This document shows positions 7,971-16,693 of a stretch of 64,000 nucleotides of DNA, piece by piece (the stretch's first letter is position 1; the number at the start of each line of letters is the position of its first letter). Source of the stretch: an uncultured Bacteroidales bacterium (lineage in GTDB: Bacteria > Bacteroidota > Bacteroidia > Bacteroidales > FEN-979); assembly GCA_903945175.1 (NCBI GenBank), contig CAJAUM010000106.1, positions 20,335 through 84,334 on the forward strand, in the 5' to 3' direction. The translations under genes were made by a program, and so were the position numbers. The notes below the pieces were generated by a model that was not told where the DNA came from, did not search any database, and saw nothing but the letters and a program-made list of their open reading frames with translations.

Positions 7971-10900
7971 TTATCCCCTCGGATCACTTTGCAGCGGCAT
8001 CTTTGCCATTCTCTCCACATTCATGCTTGGAAAACCGAACTCCTCAACGATTTTTCCCTTGACGAGATAGATCCCATCGCCACGGAAAGGGTACTGGGTC
8101 ACTGCCTTTGGAAAATGGACGGTGTCGAAAAAATGGCCGTTCGCATCGATGAAGGTACCGAAATGCATCCACTCCCGTTTTATGGTGCGCACATATTTAA
8201 TGGTAACCAGCAATCCCAGCATGCGTATGGTTTTACCAACATGGGTACCCATGTCGTGGGCCAGGATATCTCCCCGGAACTTTGTCCCGAGCAGGTCGAA
8301 ATAGGTATGGGTAATGGGAAACCCAAGCAGTTCGATTTCGTCGTACACCTCGGAGAGAAGGTTTTGTTCAAGTACCGGAAGTTCGAATCTCTTCACTGTC
8401 GTTGGGAAGAGCAAAGGACATTTTTGTGATACGTGACACGTGACGCGTGACGCGTGACGATCGGTTGACTTTTGATCATTTCCCAGCAGCATATGCGCCT
8501 CCCACAGCAGTGAGGCCTTGGGCTTGCCGGTGAAACGGAATGCGCCGACCCGGATGAGAATGATCAACTGGTCGAGGGTGACCGGAACCCTTTGAATGAA
8601 ATCTTCCAGACTGGCATAGGGTCTCTCTGGGTAAATCGTCTTTCCAACCGTCGCCTCCAGTCCTGCCACGTGAATAAATCCCAGGAAAATGTCCTTCCCC
8701 CTGATGCAGGTCTTGTATTCGCTCCGGTTGACACAAGGTACATGCAGGTTGGCGCCGGAGATTTTGGCTTCGTTGAAATAGACCCAGGAGGAATAAAACC
8801 CGCCGAAATTATTGATCACGCCGGTAATGAACTCCAGCGGATAGTGCGCCTTGAGGTAGAGGCTCTGGTAGCTCTCCACGGCATAGGAGGCAGAATGTGC
8901 TTTGGAGAAGGAATAGCCGGCAAACGATTCAATCTGCCGCCACACCTCTTTCGTGACCTCTTCGGGATAGCCGGATGTCCGGCAGTTTTCAAAAAATTTG
9001 TCGATGATACGCTGCAGCTCCTTTTTTGACCGGTATTTTCCACTCATGGCACGCCTTATTACATCGGCATCGGCCAGGTCGAGACCGGCAAAGTGGTGGC
9101 AGATCTTCAGCACATCCTCCTGGTACACCATCACTCCGTAGGTCTCTTTCAGTTGTTCCTCCATCACCGGGTGCAGATATTTGAACTTATCAGGATTATG
9201 AAAACGAAAAATGTACTCTTTCATCATGCCCGACCTCGCTACGCCCGGGCGGATAATCGAACTTGCAGCCACCAGGGTGCGGTAGTTTTCACATTGAAGT
9301 TTCTTCAGCAATCCGCGCATGGCGGGACTTTCCACATAAAAGCATCCAATCGTCCGGCCATTCCGAAGCATCTCCTTTACCTTTTCATCCTCCTTGAAGG
9401 CACGTACATGGTGCACATCTACGCTGATCCCCTGATTTTTTTTCACGAGTTCCGCCGCCTCGTAAATATGGCCGATGCCCCGCTGACTCAGAATATCGAG
9501 TTTCTCAAAACCGATGTCTTCCGCCACGTACATGTCGAACTGCGTGGTTGGAAAGCCTTTCGGGGGCATATCAAGCGCCGTGTAACAGGTGATGGGCTCC
9601 TCGGAGACCAGCACCCCGCCGGCATGAATGCTTCGGATATTGGGAAAATCGGCCATCATTTCTCCCAGCTCATTGATCTTGCGGATGATATGATTTTTAT
9701 TGATCGCATCTTCGGGATGTTTCAGGAAGGCATCAATTTCCCCCTTTGGCAAACCGTGAACCTTCCCTAACTCCCGATAAATTGATTTATCGCGGAAGGT
9801 TGACATGGCGCCGAGCAGGGCCGTATGTTTGCGCCCGTAGCGTTTGAAAATATAGTCGAGCACTTCGTCGCGCTCCTTCCATGAATAGTCGATGTCGAAA
9901 TCGGGTGGCGAGGTGCGTTTGGGGTTGATGAAACGCTCAAAGTAAAGGTCGAGCTCAATGGGGTCAACATCAGTGATTCTCAGACAGTAAGCCACGATGC
10001 TGTTGGCGCCACTCCCCCGCCCCACGTGATAAAATCCGCGGGACATGGAATAGCGGATAATATCCCAGGTAATCAGGAAATAGGAAGAAAACTTCATCCT
10101 GTCGATAATATCCAGCTCATGCCGGATGCGACGCATTGCCTCTTCATGGTCTTTTCCATAACGGTATTCAAGCCCATCCATGGCCAATTTTTCCAGCAAT
10201 ATCAGGTCATCATAGCAGCTTCCTGTGAAAGTTTTCTTGTTTTTGCAGGCTTTGAAATCGAAATCAATGGAACACGCTGCCATCAGTTTATTGGTATTGT
10301 TGATGATCTCCGGGAAATCGCGGCAGATCTCCAGCAGTTCATCTGCAGGAAGCATTATCTCATCAGATGCTGCGATCTGATGAGGTTCCAGCCGGCTTAG
10401 CAGCACGTTGTGGTCAACGGCGCGAAAATTCCGATGCAGTTCATACTCCTGGCCGTTGCGAAATGTGACCGGCGCCATGAGTACCATTCGAGGAATGAGT
10501 TCGCGGTGGCGGGCGAGCATGAGCGGACTGAGATCGGAAGGGCGGATGCCAATATACGAATGACGATTTACGAATGACGAATGACGATTGACGATTGACG
10601 ATTGACGATTGACGAAACCGGGAAACGGACAAATTACGAACACATTGTTAAACTCCGGAGGGCTGTCGGGTAAAGGCAGGTTGTGAAGGTTGTGGTCGCT
10701 TAAAAATTCATTCAGTTCACGGAAGCCGTCGTTGTTTTTAGCCAGACCGGTGTAAAGCAGCTGATCGTCGCGGCGGAACTCGATCCCGGCGATGGGTTTG
10801 ATGCCCCTTTCCTTGCACACTGCAACAAATTCCATGATGCCGGTGGAATTGTTGATATCGGTAAGGGCCATCACGGGATTGACAGGTCCGGGTTGTACCC

Positions 10901-11000
10901 CGCCCGCCATACCATAGGCCTTTACCGCCTCGTCGACAAGATTTTCCATGGAGATGGTTCCATAGCGAAGGGAGTAGTATGAGTGGCAGTTTAGGTACAT
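7971..11000 (-). CDS. dnaE: DNA polymerase III alpha-subunit family protein; short 1009-aa paralog resembling the error-prone DnaE2/ImuC type rather than a replicative DnaE of about 1200 aa
   Basis: N-terminal PHP domain MYLNCHSYYSLRYGT...ALTDINN. Polymerase core motifs include PDFDIDY, ILSQRGIGHI, FSKAHSASYAV and a C-terminal OB region. The DnaE2-like assignment is an inference from length and N-terminus only. Confidence 0.8.
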   Translation of the reverse strand: MYLNCHSYYSLRYGTISMENLVDEAVKAYGMAGGVQPGPVNPVMALTDINNSTGIMEFVAVCKERGIKPIAGIEFRRDDQLLYTGLAKNNDGFRELNEFLSDHNLHNLPLPDSPPEFNNVFVICPFPGFVNRQSSIVNRHSSFVNRHSYIGIRPSDLSPLMLARHRELIPRMVLMAPVTFRNGQEYELHRNFRAVDHNVLLSRLEPHQIAASDEIMLPADELLEICRDFPEIINNTNKLMAACSIDFDFKACKNKKTFTGSCYDDLILLEKLAMDGLEYRYGKDHEEAMRRIRHELDIIDRMKFSSYFLITWDIIRYSMSRGFYHVGRGSGANSIVAYCLRITDVDPIELDLYFERFINPKRTSPPDFDIDYSWKERDEVLDYIFKRYGRKHTALLGAMSTFRDKSIYRELGKVHGLPKGEIDAFLKHPEDAINKNHIIRKINELGEMMADFPNIRSIHAGGVLVSEEPITCYTALDMPPKGFPTTQFDMYVAEDIGFEKLDILSQRGIGHIYEAAELVKKNQGISVDVHHVRAFKEDEKVKEMLRNGRTIGCFYVESPAMRGLLKKLQCENYRTLVAASSIIRPGVARSGMMKEYIFRFHNPDKFKYLHPVMEEQLKETYGVMVYQEDVLKICHHFAGLDLADADVIRRAMSGKYRSKKELQRIIDKFFENCRTSGYPEEVTKEVWRQIESFAGYSFSKAHSASYAVESYQSLYLKAHYPLEFITGVINNFGGFYSSWVYFNEAKISGANLHVPCVNRSEYKTCIRGKDIFLGFIHVAGLEATVGKTIYPERPYASLEDFIQRVPVTLDQLIILIRVGAFRFTGKPKASLLWEAHMLLGNDQKSTDRHASRVTCHVSQKCPLLFPTTVKRFELPVLEQNLLSEVYDEIELLGFPITHTYFDLLGTKFRGDILAHDMGTHVGKTIRMLGLLVTIKYVRTIKREWMHFGTFIDANGHFFDTVHFPKAVTQYPFRGDGIYLVKGKIVEEFGFPSMNVERMAKMPLQSDPRG
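8426..8460. repeat. Heptanucleotide tandem array, 5 units (TGAYRCG / TGACGCG type), inside the dnaE-family CDS
   Basis: Plus strand reads gtgatac gtgacac gtgacgc gtgacgc gtgacga. It is translated on the minus strand as ...DRHASRVTCHVSQ... Confidence 0.8.
10554..10618. repeat. Heptanucleotide tandem array, 9 units of (T/A)TGACGA-type (minus strand CGTCAAT x4, CGTCATT x3, plus variants), in frame inside the dnaE-family CDS
   Basis: Plus strand reads acgaatg acgattt acgaatg acgaatg acgattg x4 acgaaac (63 bp). It encodes a 3 x 7-aa peptide repeat, FVNRQSS IVNRHSS FVNRHSY. Confidence 0.9.
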
Positions 11001-11020
11001 GGCAGGATTGTAAAACCAAT

Positions 11021-11064
11021 TGATTAATATTTAATCATTTTAATGGCTACAATTTAATCATTTT
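11021..11064. promoter_or_regulatory. Candidate operator region: inverted repeat TGATTAA-TAT-TTAATCA, two direct copies of ATTTAATCATTTT, and the 15-mer TACAATTTAATCATT
   Basis: Read directly. The inverted repeat is at 11021-11037. The direct repeats are at 11028-11040 and 11052-11064. The 15-mer at 11048-11062 matches 14/15 with 26625-26639 in the lexA-like promoter. Confidence 0.35.
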
Positions 11065-11140
11065 TCATTAAAAATCAAATTGCACTTCGGCTGTTTGAGT
11101 TTTAGAAAATTTACTGCTACGGTATATCGATTTTGTTAAT

Positions 11141-11148
11141 TACTTTTG
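11141..11148 (+). promoter_or_regulatory. Bacteroidota -7 box (TACTTTTG) for the M14 peptidase gene
   Basis: TAnnTTTG lies 28 nt upstream of ATG 11176. It overlaps the TTG 11146 start used by the ORF track, which favours the 11176 start. Confidence 0.4.
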
Positions 11149-11175
11149 AGCGCCGAATCTCCTATATACAAGTTT

Positions 11176-12675
11176 ATGAACGCAACGGTAATATCAATTC
11201 TTTTTCTGGTTCTCACAGTATCTTGTTTTTCGCAGGAGCCCGTTGCACCTCTAAAGAAGAATGAGTTCAACAAGGCAACCTCCTATAATGAATTGACAAC
11301 CTTTGTTCAGCAGCTTGATGCGCAATCGGACTTGCTGCATGTTGAACTTATCGGACAGTCTGTACAAAAAAGAAATCTTTACGCGCTCACATTTTCTTCG
11401 ACGGAATTCGGGAAGGATCCGTTAAAAATAAAGGTGCTTGTGTTTGCACAGCAGCACGGAAATGAACAATCAGGCAAGGAAGGTGCCCTGCTTCTTGCGA
11501 AGGAACTGTTGAATCCGGAAAACAGATATCTTTTTGACAAGATTGATTTTGCCCTGGTCCCACAGGTGAATCCCGATGGATCAGAGGTAAATAAAAGGCG
11601 GAATGCAAACAACATGGATCTGAACCGCAATCATCTGATCTTAACAGAACCAGAGACCAAGGCTGTGCATGATTTTTTCGATAAGCATCTTTTTGAAGTC
11701 ACCATGGATGTGCATGAATATTCGCCCTACGGGGAGGACTGGATTAAATACGGTTACCGCAAAAATGCTGATGTTACAGTTGGGACAACGACCAATCTCA
11801 ATGTTTCCAGCAAGATAAGGGAAGTATCTGGTAAAAATTACCTTCCCTTCGTTTTGAAATATTTGAGTGACCGGAAATTTTCATCCTTTGTATATTGCCC
11901 GGGTGGTCCTCCTGAGATTGATTACATCAGACACAGCACCTTTGATATCAATGACGGACGACAAAGTCTGGGGATTCAAAACACCTTTTCATTTATCCAG
12001 GAAGGGTTGAACGGGAAGGATGGCTATGTTGAAAACCTTCAGCACCGGGCAGAAGGGCAAATGACCGGCATGCGGGGTTTGCTTGAATATGTTTATCTTA
12101 ACAAGGATATGGTTAAAGATCTTGTCACGACCGAAAGAATTAAAATGGTTGCCGCTGGTCCCGGTGAAGATGTATCTATTCAATCAGTTCATGTCGGAAA
12201 CGGGCAGAAGCTCATACTCCCGCTACTTTCCTACTTCTCAGGAAATGACACTGTCGTCACCGTATATGATTATCGTCCGGAAGTAAAATCGCTGCTGGAT
12301 ATAAAAAAACCGGTTGGTTATTTAATTCCCCGAGAATTGACCACACTTGTTGAATGGGCTGAAAGTCAATCGCTTAAACCTATTCAATTTAAAATATCAA
12401 GTACCTTCAAAGCAGAACAATATTTTATCAATAAGATCGACTCCATCGATTTTGAAGGAGATCGCACTGTTGATCCCTGGATTGTCGTGCAGAATTGCAA
12501 GGAAAACTTTCCGGATAGCGCTTATTTTTTCATATCAACAGCTCAATTAAAGGGCAATATGGTGGTACTGGCTCTGGAGCCAAAGTCAATGGTTGGCTTG
12601 ATCACATATACCCATTATGCTAATCTGTTAAAGCATGGCGAAGTTTTCCCCATTCTCAGGGTTATTGCAAAATAG
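11176..12675 (+). CDS. Secreted M14-family zinc carboxypeptidase
   Basis: Signal peptide MNATVISILFLVLTVSCFSQ. Zn motif QQHGNEQSG (HxxE), NRRNANNMDLNRNH, and second Zn His in MDVHEY. Confidence 0.85.
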   Translation: MNATVISILFLVLTVSCFSQEPVAPLKKNEFNKATSYNELTTFVQQLDAQSDLLHVELIGQSVQKRNLYALTFSSTEFGKDPLKIKVLVFAQQHGNEQSGKEGALLLAKELLNPENRYLFDKIDFALVPQVNPDGSEVNKRRNANNMDLNRNHLILTEPETKAVHDFFDKHLFEVTMDVHEYSPYGEDWIKYGYRKNADVTVGTTTNLNVSSKIREVSGKNYLPFVLKYLSDRKFSSFVYCPGGPPEIDYIRHSTFDINDGRQSLGIQNTFSFIQEGLNGKDGYVENLQHRAEGQMTGMRGLLEYVYLNKDMVKDLVTTERIKMVAAGPGEDVSIQSVHVGNGQKLILPLLSYFSGNDTVVTVYDYRPEVKSLLDIKKPVGYLIPRELTTLVEWAESQSLKPIQFKISSTFKAEQYFINKIDSIDFEGDRTVDPWIVVQNCKENFPDSAYFFISTAQLKGNMVVLALEPKSMVGLITYTHYANLLKHGEVFPILRVIAK

Positions 12676-12716
12676 ACAGTTCAAATAATATTCAACTTTA
12701 ACTTAAATTTATCGAT

Positions 12717-13826
12717 ATGCGTATAGAAAGAATTGAACTTCGACACGTTAAAATGGTACTGGTTAGCCCGTTTGTCACATCCATGGGAACGGAGTATGAC
12801 GAAGAGCATATAATCGTCAGGGTTGATGCAGATGGGGTTACCGGCTGGGGTGAAAGCGTTGCTGAAGGCACCCCTTTTTACTCTTATGAAACTGTTCCTA
12901 CCGCGTGGCATATCCTCAAGGATTTTTTAATCCCATCCGTTCTGGGAAAAGATATTCAAAGTATTGACGAAGCCATTGCAGGTTATGCCAAGGTTCGCGG
13001 GCATATGATGGCCAAAGCCGGCATCGAAGCTGCCTTGTGGGACGCATTTGCGAAAACCAAAGGTATTTCACTGTCAAGCATGATCGGCGGAACCCGAAAA
13101 AAAATTGATGTGGGTGTGAGTATCGGCATCCAGGATTCTGTTGCCGGACTAATCAAAAAGGTTGAGGGTTATATTTCGGAAGGATACAAACGGATTAAGA
13201 TCAAGATTGCCCCGGGACTGGATATGCAATTTGTGGAGGCCCTGCGGAAAGAGTTTCCAAACCTGCTGCTGCAGGTAGATGCAAACTCGGCATATACCCT
13301 TGATGACATTGATCTCTTTAAAAAGATGGATCATTACAACCTGTCATTGATCGAGCAGCCGTTGGGTTATGAAGATATTTATGATCATTCAAAATTGCAG
13401 CGAGAACTAAAAACGCCGATATGCCTGGATGAAAGTATCCATTCTCTTGATGATACCCGTGCAGCCATCGAACTGGACAGTTGCAGGATTATCAACATCA
13501 AACCAGGGCGTGTTGGTGGGTTTACCGAATCAAAGCGCATTCACGACTATTGCGCCTCAATGAACATTCCGGTTTGGTGTGGCGGCATGCTGGAATCGGG
13601 AATCGGCCGTGCCGGGAATGTGGCATTGGCTTCACTTTCTAATTTCACCCTTCCAGGTGATATTTCTGCCAGTAAAAGATATTATAAACATGACATTGTA
13701 GACCCGGAGTTTGTCGTAAATCCTGATGGCACGATGGATGTGCCTACAAAACCCGGGATCGGTGTGGATGTTAACATCAAGATGCTGGATCAGGTTACAG
13801 TCAGGAGTGAGGTGCAAAAGATGTAA
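12717..13826 (+). CDS. Enolase-superfamily enzyme of the o-succinylbenzoate synthase / N-succinylamino-acid racemase (OSBS/NSAR) type
   Basis: KxK motif YKRIKIKI; metal ligands in QVDANSAY, IEQP and LDES; second catalytic Lys in NIKPGRVGG. The N-terminus GWGESVAEGTPFYSYETVPTAWHILKDFLIP resembles NSAR/OSBS proteins. Confidence 0.7.
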   Translation: MRIERIELRHVKMVLVSPFVTSMGTEYDEEHIIVRVDADGVTGWGESVAEGTPFYSYETVPTAWHILKDFLIPSVLGKDIQSIDEAIAGYAKVRGHMMAKAGIEAALWDAFAKTKGISLSSMIGGTRKKIDVGVSIGIQDSVAGLIKKVEGYISEGYKRIKIKIAPGLDMQFVEALRKEFPNLLLQVDANSAYTLDDIDLFKKMDHYNLSLIEQPLGYEDIYDHSKLQRELKTPICLDESIHSLDDTRAAIELDSCRIINIKPGRVGGFTESKRIHDYCASMNIPVWCGGMLESGIGRAGNVALASLSNFTLPGDISASKRYYKHDIVDPEFVVNPDGTMDVPTKPGIGVDVNIKMLDQVTVRSEVQKM

Positions 13827-15419
13827 CTATTTTTCGCTGGGACCTACCGCATATTCCCTGATACAATCGCTTACAATTTTCAGGATGTTTTTCATCTTGC
13901 CGGGATCAGTTTTTGCCATGACATCCCCCGGTGTATGGTAGTCAGCATGAAACCCGGAAAAGAAGGTCATAACAGGAATTTTTTGTGCGGTAAATGAGGC
14001 ATAATCACTTCCGGAATGACCAGTCACATCCCATAGATCAAGTTCAAAAGGGGTTGAAAGCCTGAGGTTGAGTTTCCGGGCGAGATCTCTCAGTGAGTCA
14101 CTTCCCGTCATCGTCCCGATGCTGACTTGCCTGTTTGCTGTATCTTCAGGAGCGCTGCGTGAAATCATGTCCAGATTGATATAGAGCAAAATTTTAACCG
14201 GATCCGCCTTGGTATGCGCTACAAAATAGCTGCTTCCCAGGAGCCCCTTTTCCTCGGCAGTCCAGGCTGAAAACAGGAGGTTGCAGGCAGGCTTTTCACC
14301 ATATTCCTTCCAGGCTTTAGCCAAGGCAAGGATTCCTGTAACGCCGGAAGCATTATCATCGGCCCCATTGTATATATCCTTACCCCGCATGCCCAGGTGG
14401 TCATAGTGCGCGCCGACCACAATACTTTTTGTCGTGTCTTTGCCATATATGATACCCAATACATTGCGAACGCGCATTTGCTCCGATTTAACTGCAATTG
14501 AAAACCGGATTATTTTATCCTTAAGCGGTGTTGATGCAGGTGCAAAATCCTGTGCAATTTTCTTCTCAATCTCAGAAAGCACAATCCCAGTCCCGTCAAA
14601 AAGCATTCTGGTGGCATGTGGGCCAAGCCTGAAGAGGGGTACCCTGGAAACCGAGGTATCACCTGGCAATGCATGATAAGGATCTTCATATTCGGCCTCA
14701 GCGACTTCGGTAGAATTCATTGTTGCCTGCACGACATCCTGATTGCCTGGGGTTTGAGTAAATGATTGTTGCCGGCCACCAGCGGATATAACAATCAAGG
14801 CTACAGCGCCGTGCTTTTCAGCATTCCGAAGTTTATTGTCATCAGAATTCAACGTCTCTCTCGGTGACTTTCCAAGTTTCTGCCAGGCATGAGAAGTAGT
14901 ATCGGTATGACCAGGAAATCCATCTAAAACAACGACAATCCGCCCGTTTACATCAAGGCCTTTATAATCATCATACCCCTTTCCCGCCATTGAAATACCG
15001 TATCCTGCAAATACCAGGGGAGCTTCAGCATCGCGGCCATACGGGCCTGGGGTCAATTCAAAGTCGATGCCTGAGGTCAGCTGAAGCGCAGATTCAGAAA
15101 AGGGCGTTTTGCTGATAACGGCGAAGCGCACCTTTTCCGCTTGATAGCGCACCAAATCAAAATTTTGAAAATATGTATGTTTTTGGTCACCGAATGGCGC
15201 CAATCCATCCAGCTGCATCAGCGAGGAAACAAAATCCGCAGCCATGAAGCCGCCCCTGGAACCTGCTTCCCGACCTTCCATCCAGTCGGATGAGAGAAAC
15301 GACTGGATGCCTTCAAAATCATACTTTAACGCATCAGGAACCGGACCGGAAGTTGTTTGCGCCCGAAGGGTCAACGCTGAAAACCACAAAAACAGCAGAA
15401 GGATGTAGAATTTGAACAT
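13827..15419 (-). CDS. Secreted M28-family aminopeptidase with PA (protease-associated) domain
   Basis: Signal MFKFYILLLFLWFSALTLRAQ. M28 motifs GAHYDHLG, NGADDNASGV, FSAWTAEEKGLLGS and HTPGD. Confidence 0.85.
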   Translation of the reverse strand: MFKFYILLLFLWFSALTLRAQTTSGPVPDALKYDFEGIQSFLSSDWMEGREAGSRGGFMAADFVSSLMQLDGLAPFGDQKHTYFQNFDLVRYQAEKVRFAVISKTPFSESALQLTSGIDFELTPGPYGRDAEAPLVFAGYGISMAGKGYDDYKGLDVNGRIVVVLDGFPGHTDTTSHAWQKLGKSPRETLNSDDNKLRNAEKHGAVALIVISAGGRQQSFTQTPGNQDVVQATMNSTEVAEAEYEDPYHALPGDTSVSRVPLFRLGPHATRMLFDGTGIVLSEIEKKIAQDFAPASTPLKDKIIRFSIAVKSEQMRVRNVLGIIYGKDTTKSIVVGAHYDHLGMRGKDIYNGADDNASGVTGILALAKAWKEYGEKPACNLLFSAWTAEEKGLLGSSYFVAHTKADPVKILLYINLDMISRSAPEDTANRQVSIGTMTGSDSLRDLARKLNLRLSTPFELDLWDVTGHSGSDYASFTAQKIPVMTFFSGFHADYHTPGDVMAKTDPGKMKNILKIVSDCIREYAVGPSEK

Positions 15420-15422
15420 AGA

Positions 15423-16550
15423 TCACCGTTTTATCAACTTTCCCATGGCCATCAGGTGCACGATATTAAAATTTGCGTCCAACAACAACAGATCAGCATC
15501 GTAGCCCTCCCTGATGTGGCCTTTGCCGGATAATTTCAGGATATCTGCCGGGCTGGATGTAGCAACCTGTAATGCTATCTCCAGCGGAATCTGGTCTTCC
15601 AGTACTGCTTCTTTGATCTCCCGTAATATAGAGGAGGGAAGCCCCATATCAATTTTCACCAGTCTCCCTTCTTGATCGAAACTAGGGAGTGAACCACAGC
15701 CGTCGGAGGTAAATGTGATATGATTTATCGGAACTCCGGCTTCAAGGAGTTGTTTCAATGCGATTGATGGTTTGATCTCTACATCCATATCGTAAGGATA
15801 TGAACTGGTGGTAATATCCACAAAGCCCTTTTTCCCATACGCTTTAGCATCCTCGAAAATGTATGGATTGCGATTGCAATGGGTCGGAATGAACTGCCTG
15901 TATCCCATTTCGGTGGTGGCAACAACCTCATGGATCGGCCTGAATGGATCTTTGGCATCGCCCATGTGCATATTCACGATCCCGGCTTTACCCCCGATCA
16001 TCCCTGCCACACGGGCATGTGCGGTAATCCGCGCCAATTCAGCGACAGAAGGGACCGAAGAACGGTGATCAGAGATGGCGACCTCTCCTACCCCGATGAT
16101 CTCTTCGAACAAGGCAATATCTTTTGCAATATCACCTGTGATCGTGGGAGATGGAACCTGATATGCACCGGTGTACATCCATGCGGACACACCCAAAGCA
16201 CGTAATGTTTTAACCTTCATCAACACACTTTCCACTGTCCGGGTGATTCCATCAGTTCCAAGGCAACCGATTACTGTTGTAACCCCTCCCTCAAACATCA
16301 TGTTCAACTGGAGTTCAGGCATGCGGCTGGCAGGACCACCTTCACCTCCTCCACCGGTAATATGAACGTGAGAATCAACCAACCCTGGCACAAGGCTGAG
16401 ACCGTCACAGTCAATCGTTATCACCTCAAGACCCTGAGGCATGTCAATATGATCAGCAACGACCAGGATACTCTTCCCGCCTGTCAGCACATCCTTTATA
16501 CCTAAGTATTCTGGTGCATATAATCCTGCATTTTTAAATAGTGTAATCAT
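15423..16550 (-). CDS. iadA: Isoaspartyl (beta-aspartyl) dipeptidase, amidohydrolase superfamily
   Basis: PGLVDSHVHITGGGGEGGPASR is the IadA-type signature. There is no signal peptide. The start was moved to ATG 16550 (MITLFKNAGLYAPE...). Confidence 0.8.
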   Translation of the reverse strand: MITLFKNAGLYAPEYLGIKDVLTGGKSILVVADHIDMPQGLEVITIDCDGLSLVPGLVDSHVHITGGGGEGGPASRMPELQLNMMFEGGVTTVIGCLGTDGITRTVESVLMKVKTLRALGVSAWMYTGAYQVPSPTITGDIAKDIALFEEIIGVGEVAISDHRSSVPSVAELARITAHARVAGMIGGKAGIVNMHMGDAKDPFRPIHEVVATTEMGYRQFIPTHCNRNPYIFEDAKAYGKKGFVDITTSSYPYDMDVEIKPSIALKQLLEAGVPINHITFTSDGCGSLPSFDQEGRLVKIDMGLPSSILREIKEAVLEDQIPLEIALQVATSSPADILKLSGKGHIREGYDADLLLLDANFNIVHLMAMGKLIKR

Positions 16551-16693
16551 AGGTCCGAATTTCTTCAGCAAAATTGGCGAAAAAAACAACCCTGTTGCGT
16601 TTTGCAATCATTTTTTTTTTATTTTCGTTCGATGATTTTATCAACCTGGGCTTTGAAATGGGAACATTAACACCATCCGACTGATACTCACCT

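Noticed and set aside
7859-8020. N-terminal 54-aa extension of the receiver-PAS-kinase ORF (start at 8020)
   Set aside because: The extension overlaps the 3' end of the dnaE-family gene and has no receiver-domain homology. The receiver begins right after the ATG at 7858 (MIIDDTHGKVLVFDD).
8426-10618. Whether the heptamer arrays could be a CRISPR array or a mobile-element terminus
   Set aside because: The units are 7 bp, directly abutting with no spacers, and sit in frame inside a conserved polymerase gene. No cas genes, transposase or inverted terminal repeats are present. They are classified as microsatellite-type tandem repeats.
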